A program made the position numbers and the translations under genes. Shown here one piece after another: positions 56,201 to 64,000 of a DNA stretch of 64,000 nucleotides. The DNA lies in contig CAKVMI010000001.1 in assembly GCA_934772525.1 (NCBI GenBank), forward strand, positions 54,613 through 118,612, in the 5' to 3' direction. Below the pieces are notes generated by a model that was not told where the DNA came from, made no database searches, and worked only from the letters and a program-made list of their open reading frames with translations. This DNA comes from an uncultured Clostridia bacterium. Its GTDB lineage: Bacteria > Bacillota > Clostridia > Christensenellales > UBA1242. Positions within the stretch are counted from its first letter, which is position 1, and each line of letters starts with the position of its first letter.

Positions 56201-56437
56201 TCGGGTGCGGTATTTAGTTGCGTGCTTGATGAAAATTATGAACTCGCTGAAGGCGTTCAAAATGCAGTTGTTACAATAAAGATGAACAATGTTGAATTGT
56301 TGTCTGTAAACTTAGTAAATGGTGAATGTTCAATCACAATTTTAAAAGAAAAATTGAAAGAAGCATTTATAAATAATGATAACATTGAAGTTAGTGTAGT
56401 AGGTATTACACAAAAAACTACCCCAACTGAACCATAG
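53291..56437 (+). CDS. Large type II membrane protein: disordered cytoplasmic N-terminus, one TM helix, ~750-aa extracellular region containing a Listeria-Bacteroides-type repeat
   Basis: TM helix WIPASVIAAIYIICCGFYFI preceded by KPKKKKIKK. YSGHTFAGWRE...RYFYAQYNLNNYTV resembles the Flg_new/InlB-B repeat. Start set at the ATG at 53291. Confidence 0.55.
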   Translation: MDEIKGSTPSSADEMVQTLDGRIVNKKSIKNGEIYINSQGKKVRKVIKKVVRSTANAGGNTLGGEKTEPREQAKVEEKPESVKSVATETTPSEEPKLEPLRTESEVGQKIVTEDDADFRSRIGARHSFLARMESGQSISTPTMGGAKLSGAERSQITNSTNSTSTNYSGKGKGKNRNKNGEEEIVTDKSVSELEQAVMDENYNESIGKNGQNASGGRSSSVSGKASNPMGSVLNNPLSNADNALARGLAGSYSLATPKTTTTVPLAKPKKKKIKKHINMWIPASVIAAIYIICCGFYFIKNYNFSDKTVQVGEYFLNVGTNSKTEYYDGERFNFYELMMTYNYGDENVKNVDMSKVNLTTRANTQTTMGYTLKDGYISARWEGDYQNATKRTVNVEFRYGNEVGYIPVTIYRNRLQSLSGQGAIVADPITKQVSVLIWGNYTNELVERKGIVLQPRKLTADEYSLVLYSESGSRLGSPVLITNTDETSLNIDKYQLTNSQFENFTRVEVVSTSNKNIKSDIYKQFSTRAFTDVEGVKEDPVGFKVVEWNTGIDLNSADGVKVSLNDSFKFKIELDKENGYYFDNLKITYSIAGGKYYEIGAENTFEVEDINGEVETFYSIPRKNITGDIKICVVGVTNLYPVRFMYLNNEGNYVEYTNSDALNPVPVNVRYGEIKTTMIKNADNYSGHTFAGWREADNLTTNPDEVHYVSESVKSFATGESFGAVDGKYRARYFYAQYNLNNYTVNLLGNGFTLNGVINHTEQARENVNINFDTTSSYTFLEGDTFVFTIGKNDSSLEVTKLACKLSNGQWQEYSPNKTNGQYTIRIDGTNRITDIHISSTYKVVSATDFIESITLQDKNGELIADTEGNSLNTISTSYNTLADMYYIVIAMKNNILIGGEAGHPEFEGLTFVEVDESGAYKYSIIEKDLKNLNLVPTNVTTKILVVKSNEGFNIVGLDEDNLIKISNFNSGAVFSCVLDENYELAEGVQNAVVTIKMNNVELLSVNLVNGECSITILKEKLKEAFINNDNIEVSVVGITQKTTPTEP

Positions 56438-56446
56438 TTTAATTTA

Positions 56447-56475
56447 CACCACCTAAATTTTTAGGTGGTGTTTTT
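56447..56475 (+). terminator. Terminator after the large membrane protein gene
   Basis: Stem CACCACCTAAA / TTTAGGTGGTG followed by TTTTT. Confidence 0.8.
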
Positions 56476-56552
56476 AATTTTTAATGTAGTTTAATTGAAT
56501 TTAATAATTTAATTATGGTATAATTATAACATAAATTTAAGGATATGGAATT

Positions 56553-59111
56553 ATGGAGAAATTTGTTATTATTGATGGCAATAGCGTTTTGTATAGGGAG
56601 TTTTTTGCACTCCCAGTAACTATGAAGAATGGTAAAGGAATGCCAACAAACGCAATTTATGGTTTTTGCAATCAACTATTTAAAATTATTAAAGACTATA
56701 AACCAACGCATATTGCTGTTAGTTTTGATGTGTCTCGCCATACATTTAGAAATGATCTGTTTGATGGATATAAAGCAACACGTAAACCAATGCCGGACGA
56801 ACTTAGAGTTCAGTTAGAACCATTAAAGCAGTTATTAACATTAATGGGTATAAAGTACATTCAAAAAGAAGGGTTAGAAGGTGACGATATTGTTGGCACA
56901 TTGTCCAAAAAATTTAGTGTTCCAACTATTATAATTACGGGAGATAGGGATACTTTTCAACTTATTGATGATACAACGGTGGTTTACTTAAATAAAAAAG
57001 GTTTAACCGATGTTAGAGTTATGGATACAACTGCTATGCTTACAGATTATGGTGTAACCCCAGATGAGTTTGTATATGTTAAAAGTTTAGCGGGTGATAC
57101 ATCGGATAATATCCCTGGTGTTCGTGGAATTGGCGAAAAGACGGCGTTAGAACTTGTAAAGACTTATAAAAATTTGGATAATCTTTATGCAAACATTGAA
57201 AACATAAAAGGTGCAACAAAAACTAAATTGAAAGAGCATAAAGAAGATGCATACTTAAGTTATAAACTTGCAAAGATTAATACAAATGTTGATATAGATT
57301 GCGTACTGGATGATTTTATTGTAAAAGTTCCGTTTAGTAATGAAGTTCTAAAATTCTTGAAAGAAAATGCGTTTCGGTCATTAATCAATAAAACGGAGTT
57401 TTTTGAAAGTGAAGATAATGTAACTCCTCTTACAAAAATAGGGCTAACTAAAGAAAGTATTATGATAAATTCGGTAGAAGAGTTAAAAAATTTAGTGAAG
57501 AATTTATCCAATAAAAAAGAGGTTGGTTTTGTAGAGAAAGATTATAAATTCCATTTATCGGATGGAGTAAATGATTACGCAATAATTCCTGAAGAAAGTT
57601 TATTACTTGAAGGACTGACAACTGCAACAATACTTAATTTGTTAAAACCTATTTTTGAAAACGACAAGATTGAAAAAGTGTTATTTGATAGTAAATCGGT
57701 TAGACACTTTTTAGATGAATATAATATTTCTCTTTGTGGAAGCATTTTTGATTGTATGATAGCAAAACACTTGCAAACGGGGGAAAGTGTTACAAATCTA
57801 ATGCTTTTAACCGATGATTATGAAAGAATTGAAAAGTTGCCAGCACTTTCACTTACCGAATCTAAGGCGGTTTTAATTGAAGACCTTGAACAAAATCAAA
57901 TGAAAAAACTTTATTTTGATGTAGAGTTGCCATTGAGTTTTGTTTTGTATAAAATGGAAAAGCAAGGTTTTAAAGTTGACCAAGAAAAGTTAGGTGAGTT
58001 GGAGCAAAAGTATAACGCTGAACTAGAAAGTTTAACAGATAAGATACATTCACTTGCGGGAGCAAATATTAATATCAATTCGCCAAAGCAGTTAGCGGAA
58101 TTAATTTATGATAATTTAAAGTTATCAAAATCCAAAAAGCGTTCTACTGCTATGGAAGTGTTAGAAGAATTAGAAGATAAGCACGAAATAATACCACTTA
58201 TTATTAGGTATCGAAAAGTTGCAAAATATTTAAGTAGTTTTATTAAAAATATGTATGAAAAGATAGATAGTAATGGCTACATTCATACAACATTCAACCA
58301 AACATTAACAACAACGGGAAGACTTTCGTCAGTTGACCCAAATCTTCAAAATATTCCAGTAAGGGGTGCGGAAGCGAGAGATATTAGAGGCATTTTTGTT
58401 GCAAGTAACAAAGATAGGGTTTTAGTAGATTCCGACTATTCTCAAATAGAGCTTAGAGTTTTGGCACATCTTTCGGGAGATGAAATGCTACTTAAAGCAT
58501 TTAAAGAGAATATTGATATCCATAATCAAACGGCAATGGCGGTTTTTGGAGTGAGTGAAGAAAACGTCACTCCAGAAATGCGAAGGCTTGCAAAGGTGGT
58601 AAACTTTGGTGTAAATTATGGTATTAGCGAATATGGTTTAAGTAGAGATTTGAAAATTCCAGTATATGAAGCTAGAGAATACATAAATGCATATTTTAAA
58701 TTGCATCCAAAAATAAAAGAGTTTATGGATAATAGAATACTTGATGCTAAAGTTACTGGTCGTGCGGTTACAATTTTAGGAAGAACAAGAAAGATGACCG
58801 AACTTAATAGTTCTAATTATATGGTTCGTCAATCAGCCGAACGTGCTTCACAAAATATGCCGGTACAAGGAAGTGCTTCCGATATAATAAAGCTTGCAAT
58901 GTTAAAACTTGATAAAGAATTGGAAAAGAGTGGGATGGACGCTAAACTTATTATGCAAGTGCATGACGAATTGATTGTAGATTGCAAAAAAGAAGATGCC
59001 GAAAAAGTTCAAGCTTTGGTGCAAAAATGTATGAGCGAAGCCTATCCTGAACTTGTTGTTCCGCTAGTGGTTGATAGTACAATAGCCTATAGATGGAGCG
59101 AAGGACATTAA
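56553..59111 (+). CDS. polA: DNA polymerase I
   Basis: 5'-nuclease N-terminus (IIDGNSVLYREFFA); motif A DYSQIELRVLAH; motif B RRLAKVVNFGVNYG; motif C QVHDEL. Confidence 0.9.
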   Translation: MEKFVIIDGNSVLYREFFALPVTMKNGKGMPTNAIYGFCNQLFKIIKDYKPTHIAVSFDVSRHTFRNDLFDGYKATRKPMPDELRVQLEPLKQLLTLMGIKYIQKEGLEGDDIVGTLSKKFSVPTIIITGDRDTFQLIDDTTVVYLNKKGLTDVRVMDTTAMLTDYGVTPDEFVYVKSLAGDTSDNIPGVRGIGEKTALELVKTYKNLDNLYANIENIKGATKTKLKEHKEDAYLSYKLAKINTNVDIDCVLDDFIVKVPFSNEVLKFLKENAFRSLINKTEFFESEDNVTPLTKIGLTKESIMINSVEELKNLVKNLSNKKEVGFVEKDYKFHLSDGVNDYAIIPEESLLLEGLTTATILNLLKPIFENDKIEKVLFDSKSVRHFLDEYNISLCGSIFDCMIAKHLQTGESVTNLMLLTDDYERIEKLPALSLTESKAVLIEDLEQNQMKKLYFDVELPLSFVLYKMEKQGFKVDQEKLGELEQKYNAELESLTDKIHSLAGANININSPKQLAELIYDNLKLSKSKKRSTAMEVLEELEDKHEIIPLIIRYRKVAKYLSSFIKNMYEKIDSNGYIHTTFNQTLTTTGRLSSVDPNLQNIPVRGAEARDIRGIFVASNKDRVLVDSDYSQIELRVLAHLSGDEMLLKAFKENIDIHNQTAMAVFGVSEENVTPEMRRLAKVVNFGVNYGISEYGLSRDLKIPVYEAREYINAYFKLHPKIKEFMDNRILDAKVTGRAVTILGRTRKMTELNSSNYMVRQSAERASQNMPVQGSASDIIKLAMLKLDKELEKSGMDAKLIMQVHDELIVDCKKEDAEKVQALVQKCMSEAYPELVVPLVVDSTIAYRWSEGH

Positions 59112-59119
59112 TAAAAGTT

Positions 59120-59157
59120 ACAATTAGCGAAAATTTTTGTTTGCTAATTGTTTTTTT
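59120..59157 (+). terminator. Terminator after polA
   Basis: Stem ACAATTAGC / GCTAATTGT followed by a T-run. Confidence 0.75.
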
Positions 59158-59216
59158 GTCACAAAATATTGCAATAGAAATTTGTTTTTGATATAATAAT
59201 TCCAATTTTGTAAGGA

Positions 59217-59822
59217 ATGGGCGAAAGTAGTATGGAAAACCACAAAGACGAAATAGCAAATGAAGTTATAGATATATTTAAGTTGGCAAAAAACGATGAG
59301 GTTGCAAAACTACTTTTGTATTATATAGAACATAATGATTGTGTAAGACAAAGCGTAAAAAGATTAATAAAAGCATGCATTAGACAAGAATTTATGTACA
59401 ATTCACCAGTGCCAGCAATTGCGGTATTTTTACCTTCAATTGCTCAAACAATTATTAATTTAATCATAAAAGATGTTTATGGTCAAACTCCAGCAATGGC
59501 TACTGGATTTATTAATGTTGGTTGTGCAATGGCGTTTGCCCAAATGTTACAAATAAACAAAAGAGAAATTAGAAATAATAAGTGGGCGGTAATAAATTCG
59601 TTAGAGAATAAAAAGGATAAAAAACTTTCGGATTCTGCAAATAATCTATTTTACGACAGAATAGAAGAACTTTTAACAAATGCCGAATATAGATATGTGT
59701 TATTGTCTTATATTGATATGGTGAATAAAAGAGAAAAGTTCGAAAGAAAGTTGCAAAATTTAGAAGAAATAAAATCTGGCGTAAATAAGTTACATGTAGA
59801 CGATTTCAGTTACGAAAAATAA
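59217..59822 (+). CDS. Hypothetical protein (about 200 aa)
   Basis: ORF downstream of TTGCAA-17-TG-n-TATAAT (59169-59197). No motif recognised and the start is uncertain. Confidence 0.4.
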   Translation: MGESSMENHKDEIANEVIDIFKLAKNDEVAKLLLYYIEHNDCVRQSVKRLIKACIRQEFMYNSPVPAIAVFLPSIAQTIINLIIKDVYGQTPAMATGFINVGCAMAFAQMLQINKREIRNNKWAVINSLENKKDKKLSDSANNLFYDRIEELLTNAEYRYVLLSYIDMVNKREKFERKLQNLEEIKSGVNKLHVDDFSYEK

Positions 59823-59862
59823 ATTTGATTAAAAATCATTCTTTTTGCAAAAAATTATATTA

Positions 59863-60429
59863 ATGGAGAATAAAGCAAAAAGAATGATTATTTTTTTGAT
59901 GATTTTAGTTGCACTAATATCAGGTTCGATAGTTGGTGTAATTATGTATAATAGATTAAAATATCCTTTTTGTTACAATGAATTCGTGTTTCAATATTCG
60001 GCGGAATATTCGCTAGAACCCGAACTTGTGTTTGCGGTTATAAACTCAGAAAGTGGATTTATGGCAAATGCTGAAAGCGTAAAAGGCGCAAAAGGGTTAA
60101 TGCAGATTATGCCAAGGACGGCAAAAAGTATCGCGGAAGAATTAAAATATGTAGACCTTGATGAAAAAGATTTGTTTTCCCCAAGACAAAATATAGAATT
60201 TGGGTGCTACTATCTATCATATCTATTTGATAAATACAAAGACGAAGAGCGGGTGTTATTTGCTTACAATGCAGGAGAAGGAACACTAATAAATTTTTTG
60301 GAAAAGTATGGTGAATTTAATTTGGAAAATGTTGAAATTAAAGAAACAAAAAATTATATAAAACGAGTTAAAAAGGCAAAAAAATACTATAAAAGATTGG
60401 TAAATAGTTCTCTTATTTCGGATAGGTAA
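59863..60429 (+). CDS. Membrane-anchored lytic transglycosylase (SLT domain)
   Basis: N-terminal TM helix. INSESGF...AKGLMQIMPRTA...YNAG motifs. The start could instead be 59884. Confidence 0.75.
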   Translation: MENKAKRMIIFLMILVALISGSIVGVIMYNRLKYPFCYNEFVFQYSAEYSLEPELVFAVINSESGFMANAESVKGAKGLMQIMPRTAKSIAEELKYVDLDEKDLFSPRQNIEFGCYYLSYLFDKYKDEERVLFAYNAGEGTLINFLEKYGEFNLENVEIKETKNYIKRVKKAKKYYKRLVNSSLISDR

Positions 60430-60489
60430 AACTATGTAAAATTAAAATTTGAAACAATTATGTAATTAATGAAAATGGTATAAAAACGG

Positions 60490-60518
60490 TTGACTTAAGA
60501 ATGTTAGCCGTTTATAAT
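60490..60518 (+). promoter_or_regulatory. Promoter of the ctsR operon
   Basis: TTGACT, 17 nt spacer, TATAAT. Confidence 0.7.
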
Positions 60519-60530
60519 TTAATTATAAAA

Positions 60531-60547
60531 TTTGACTAATTTTGACC
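60531..60547. promoter_or_regulatory. CtsR operator (heptad direct repeat)
   Basis: TTTGACTAATTTTGACC, whose complement is GGTCAAA-ATT-AGTCAAA. This matches the CtsR box (A/G)GTCAAA-N3-(A/G)GTCAAA just downstream of the -10. Confidence 0.7.
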
Positions 60548-60562
60548 TTTAAGGAGGGGTTT

Positions 60563-61033
60563 ATGGCAAATATAAGTGATTGCATTGAACAATTTATTTT
60601 AAAATCTTTAAAAGAAGACGGCACTGTTGAAATAAGTAGAAATGATTTAGCAAACTTTTTTTCGTGTGTTCCAAGCCAAATAAATTATGTACTAGAAACT
60701 CGCTTTACTATGGATAGGGGGTTTATTAAAGAAAGTAGGCGTGGTGGCGGAGGATTTATAAGAATTACAAAGGTGCCACTAACCGATGATAATTATGTAA
60801 ATAGTTTAATAATGGAGAGTATTGGCGAAGAATTAACCGAAAGACGTGCGAGTCAAATTCTTGACAAATTGGAATCTGATAAGGTGTTGACCGAAAAAGA
60901 GCGTCAACTTATTTTTGCTAGTATTTCGGAAACGGCATTAAATATGCCATATTCATTTAAAGATAAGCTGAGAGCGCAAATTTTTAAAAATGTTCTACTT
61001 GTGCTTTTGAAGGAGAAGGGGGGTGAAAACTAG
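60563..61033 (+). CDS. ctsR: Class III stress gene repressor CtsR
   Basis: MANISDCIEQFILKSL N-terminus, a glycine-rich RRGGGGFIRI loop, AAGGAGGGG RBS and operon context. Confidence 0.85.
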   Translation: MANISDCIEQFILKSLKEDGTVEISRNDLANFFSCVPSQINYVLETRFTMDRGFIKESRRGGGGFIRITKVPLTDDNYVNSLIMESIGEELTERRASQILDKLESDKVLTEKERQLIFASISETALNMPYSFKDKLRAQIFKNVLLVLLKEKGGEN

Positions 61034-61494
61034 TGCTTTGTTCGATGTGTAACCAAAAAGAAGCAATTATGGATAGAGAAGTTGATTTGGGTTATGGCAA
61101 AGTTCATGTTTTTTTGTGTGAAAGTTGTGCAAATAAAGTTCAGCAAAATCAACCCGAACCTACGGTTGAAGTGTTAGATTTTTGGACTCAAGATGAAGGG
61201 GCTTTGGTTTGTCCTAAATGCAAAGCAACTGCACAAGATATTGAAAAAACAAATTATGTGGGTTGTGATAAGTGCTATCAAATTTTCGAGCCAGAAATTG
61301 AAAGAGTTTTAACTATTATTCAAGGTAAATGTTCTCATGTTGGTAAAGCTCCAAGTAAATATATGTCTTATGACAAACAAAAGAGAACTTCTTTAAAAAT
61401 CAAGAACAATACACAATTGGAGCGAAAGGAACCTAGCAAGTTTAACCCAGATGATTTTAATAGAAAATTCTTTGGGGGTGCAAAAAATGTTTGA
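61033..61494 (+). CDS. mcsA: McsA-like zinc-finger protein (activator of McsB)
   Basis: Four CxxC pairs (CSMCN, CESCA, CPKCK, CDKCY). Located between ctsR and mcsB. Confidence 0.7.
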   Translation: MLCSMCNQKEAIMDREVDLGYGKVHVFLCESCANKVQQNQPEPTVEVLDFWTQDEGALVCPKCKATAQDIEKTNYVGCDKCYQIFEPEIERVLTIIQGKCSHVGKAPSKYMSYDKQKRTSLKIKNNTQLERKEPSKFNPDDFNRKFFGGAKNV

Positions 61495-62500
61495 TAATAC
61501 ACTAGATAGCGTGGTTGTTTCTAGCCGAATTAGAGTTGCGAGAAATGTTGCGGGCAGAAACTTTACTCAAAATTTTGACCCTGAATTTTCACTTAATTTA
61601 ATCAATAAAGTCGCAGACACCGTAATGCCACTTGGAAAATACAAAGTATATAGAATGAGTGCTATTAGCGATTTTGATAGCGAATTGATGTGTGCAAAGC
61701 ATCTAATAAGTAAAGAACTAATAAAAAATAAAGAAACGGGTGCTAGCATTATTCGTGAAGATGAAGCGGTTTCTATTATGGTAAATGAAGAAGACCATAT
61801 AAGAGAGCAATGTATTTTGAAGGGTTTAAATTTAGATGGTGCTTTTAGACTTATAAGTGAAATTGATGATGAACTCGATGCTAATTTAGATTTTGCATAT
61901 GATGAAAAGTTTGGATATTTAACAAGCTGTTTAACTAATACCGGAACGGGACTTCGAGCAAGTGTAATGATGTTTTTACCAGCACTTACAATTAATTCCA
62001 AAATTGATAGCATAATAAAAGCGGTTAAAGAAAAAGGACTTACTGTTAGGGGCGTTTTGGGAGAAGGTAGTTTTCCGCTTGGATATATGTATCAAATATC
62101 TAATGCCGTTACAATTGGCGTATCTGAAAGAGAGATAATAGCAAATGTAAAAACGGCGGTATTAAAAATTGTTGAAATGGAATTGACCGAAAGAAAAAAG
62201 ATGATAGATAAATTTCAATACGTCGCAACAACGGATATAGTTTGGCGTGCGTGGGGAATACTTACTAATTGTTATACCATTGATTATACCGAGTTTATGA
62301 AGCTTGCGGGTGAGGTAAAACTTGGAATTAGTCTTGGAATAATCGTACTTAATGACAACAAGATTATAGATAGGCTTATTGAGTATGGTTCTGATCTTGC
62401 ACTGATGAAAATTAAGGGTAAAATGATGACTATTGAAGAAACGGCAAAGTTTAGGGCTGAAAACTTATACAAACAACTTAAAAATAATAGAATTAAATAA
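61487..62500 (+). CDS. mcsB: Protein arginine kinase McsB
   Basis: Guanidino-kinase motifs SSRIRVARN, EEDHIR and CLTNTGTGLRAS. Confidence 0.85.
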   Translation: MFDNTLDSVVVSSRIRVARNVAGRNFTQNFDPEFSLNLINKVADTVMPLGKYKVYRMSAISDFDSELMCAKHLISKELIKNKETGASIIREDEAVSIMVNEEDHIREQCILKGLNLDGAFRLISEIDDELDANLDFAYDEKFGYLTSCLTNTGTGLRASVMMFLPALTINSKIDSIIKAVKEKGLTVRGVLGEGSFPLGYMYQISNAVTIGVSEREIIANVKTAVLKIVEMELTERKKMIDKFQYVATTDIVWRAWGILTNCYTIDYTEFMKLAGEVKLGISLGIIVLNDNKIIDRLIEYGSDLALMKIKGKMMTIEETAKFRAENLYKQLKNNRIK

Positions 62501-62511
62501 AGGAGAAAATT

Positions 62512-64000
62512 ATGTTTGAATTAAATCCAGCAGAAAGCGTAAAAACGGCGATACAAAATTCTAAAAGATATGCTGTTAGTATGGGTTCTACATGCGTTGC
62601 AACCGAACATTTATTATTAGGTTTATGCAGTGTAGAAAAGAGTATGGCAAATAAAATATTGCAAAAATACGATGTAAATTTAAAAAAGTTGGAACGTCTT
62701 GTAAAAGATAAATATCCAGATACAAAACCACTACCAAAAAATATTAGTATAGATTTTTCGCCTAAAGCAAAAGCAATTATTAAAAGCAGTGAGCAATTAG
62801 CCTATCAACTGAATTCGGGTTATATTTACTCAGAGCATTTACTATATTGTATTTTGGCAGAGCAAACTAATATGGCGTGTGATATATTGCGTTCGCAAAA
62901 CGTAAATTTGCAAGAGATATTATCCGATGTTATATATTTACTGAACAATGGAAGATTAAAGGGTGATGGGGATGATTATGAAGACGAAGATGACGATGAT
63001 GATTCCTCAACCCCTAAAAAGGCAAACAAAAGCACTGAAGAACAAGAAAGCATAAATGCAAATTTGCCTGAAATCTTAAAAGACCTTGGTATTGATATGA
63101 CCGAGCGAGCAAGACGTGGCAAAATGGATCCAATAATTGGTAGAAATAAAGAAACTAATAGAATTATTGAAATTCTTTGCCGTAAAACCAAAAATAACCC
63201 AGTTTTGATTGGGGAAGCGGGCGTTGGTAAGTCGGCTGTTGTTGAAGGGCTTGCACAAGCTATAGTTAAGGGAGAAGTTCCAGAACTGCTAAAAGACAAG
63301 ATTATCTTTAGTTTGGAAATTGGTTCACTAATGGCGGGTACTAAATATCGTGGTTCAATGGAAGAAAGATTGAAAAATGCTATAAACGAAATAACTTCTC
63401 GCAAGAATATAATTGTGTTTATAGATGAAATTCACACCCTTGCCCAAGCAGGAGCGCATCAAGATGAGTTGAGTCCTGCAGATATTTTGAAACCATATCT
63501 TGCAAGGGGGGAGATGCAAACAATTGGTGCAACCACAACAGATGAATATCGTAAGTTTATAGAAAAGGATAAAGCACTAGAAAGACGTTTTCAGCCAATT
63601 ATAGTTGAAGAACCATCTCCAGAAGACACCGTTTTGATATTAAAGGGAATTAGAGATAGTTACGAAGCATTTCATAAGGTAAAAATTACCGATGATGCTA
63701 TTGAAGCAGCGGTTAATTTATCTATTAGATATATAATGGATAGAAGTTTGCCGGATAAAGCAATAGATTTAATTGATGAGGCGGCTAGTAGAGCAAGGGT
63801 TAGAGGTAGTATTGTTCCAGCAGATATAAGAGCACTTGCAAAAGAGTTAGATGACCTTGAAATGCAAAAGAAGGAAGCGGAAAAAAGTAATGAGTGGGCA
63901 TGGAAGGAGCAGTGTACTGCAAAAATTAACGAAGTTCGTGGAAATTATTTGGTAAGAATGAATGCATGGAATGCAAGCAAGGGTAATCAAACAGGTATTG
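62512..64000 (+). CDS. clpC: ClpC AAA+ chaperone, N-terminal ~496 aa (3' end outside window)
   Basis: Absent from the ORF track because it has no stop in the window. Hand translation gives MFELNPAESVKTAIQNSKRYAVSMGSTCVATEHLLLGL (Clp_N) and then GRNKETNRIIEILCRKTKNNPVLIGEAGVGKSAVVEGLAQ (D1 Walker A). Confidence 0.85.
   Translation, partial: MFELNPAESVKTAIQNSKRYAVSMGSTCVATEHLLLGLCSVEKSMANKILQKYDVNLKKLERLVKDKYPDTKPLPKNISIDFSPKAKAIIKSSEQLAYQLNSGYIYSEHLLYCILAEQTNMACDILRSQNVNLQEILSDVIYLLNNGRLKGDGDDYEDEDDDDDSSTPKKANKSTEEQESINANLPEILKDLGIDMTERARRGKMDPIIGRNKETNRIIEILCRKTKNNPVLIGEAGVGKSAVVEGLAQAIVKGEVPELLKDKIIFSLEIGSLMAGTKYRGSMEERLKNAINEITSRKNIIVFIDEIHTLAQAGAHQDELSPADILKPYLARGEMQTIGATTTDEYRKFIEKDKALERRFQPIIVEEPSPEDTVLILKGIRDSYEAFHKVKITDDAIEAAVNLSIRYIMDRSLPDKAIDLIDEAASRARVRGSIVPADIRALAKELDDLEMQKKEAEKSNEWAWKEQCTAKINEVRGNYLVRMNAWNASKGNQTGI

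Noticed and set aside
62976-63404. 142-aa minus-strand ORF listed in the track where no + strand ORF is listed.
   Set aside because: The + strand encodes clpC here. That gene is open to the window end and so is missing from the track. The minus-strand ORF is its antisense shadow.
1-64000. Considered a Mollicutes-type genetic code (UGA read as Trp), given the very low GC.
   Set aside because: TGA clearly ends well-supported genes at their expected lengths (prp at 8445-8447, cas2 at 39709-39711). The long ORFs need no read-through.
63940-64000. Checked the window ends, and all intergenic regions over 150 bp, for tRNA, rRNA or IS fragments.
   Set aside because: No GTTCGAATC-type T-arm motifs, no rRNA-like conserved blocks, no terminal inverted repeats and no transposase-like ORFs were seen.

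Overview
Low-GC (roughly 30% by eye) chromosome segment from a Bacillota-type organism. It uses the standard genetic code: TGA ends prp and cas2. Genes are tightly packed and mostly on the + strand. Most of the window is housekeeping: minDE, a spoIVFA/spoIVFB-like pair, rplU-prp-rpmA, greA, glyQS and tyrS (each behind a T-box leader), pyk, typA, a dnaB/dnaI-type primosome pair, sbcDC, polA and ctsR-mcsA-mcsB-clpC. The clear accessory island is a complete type II-A CRISPR-Cas9 locus at 34.0-42.1 kb, between tyrS and typA. It comprises a minus-strand tracrRNA that I can read directly from the sequence, a 1452-aa Cas9, cas1, cas2, csn2 and a 24-spacer array with a very AT-rich 36-nt repeat. The second region worth a look is a six-gene Rnf-like operon (12.0-16.6 kb). 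Its RnfG is reduced to a 58-aa stub, and several cofactor motifs in RnfC, RnfE and RnfA are not recognisable. Several other proteins keep a family fold but appear to have lost catalytic motifs: a Rho-like protein, an ABC nucleotide-binding domain, an MreB-like protein and a Ppx/GppA-like protein. There are also three very large single-pass surface proteins, an ABC-F protein behind an ~820-bp non-coding region, three tandem palindromic repeats upstream of the CRISPR locus, and an orphan gene pair just downstream of the array. I saw no rRNA, tRNA, IS or prophage genes. All family assignments come from motif recognition by eye and memory of family consensus. No database search was run.
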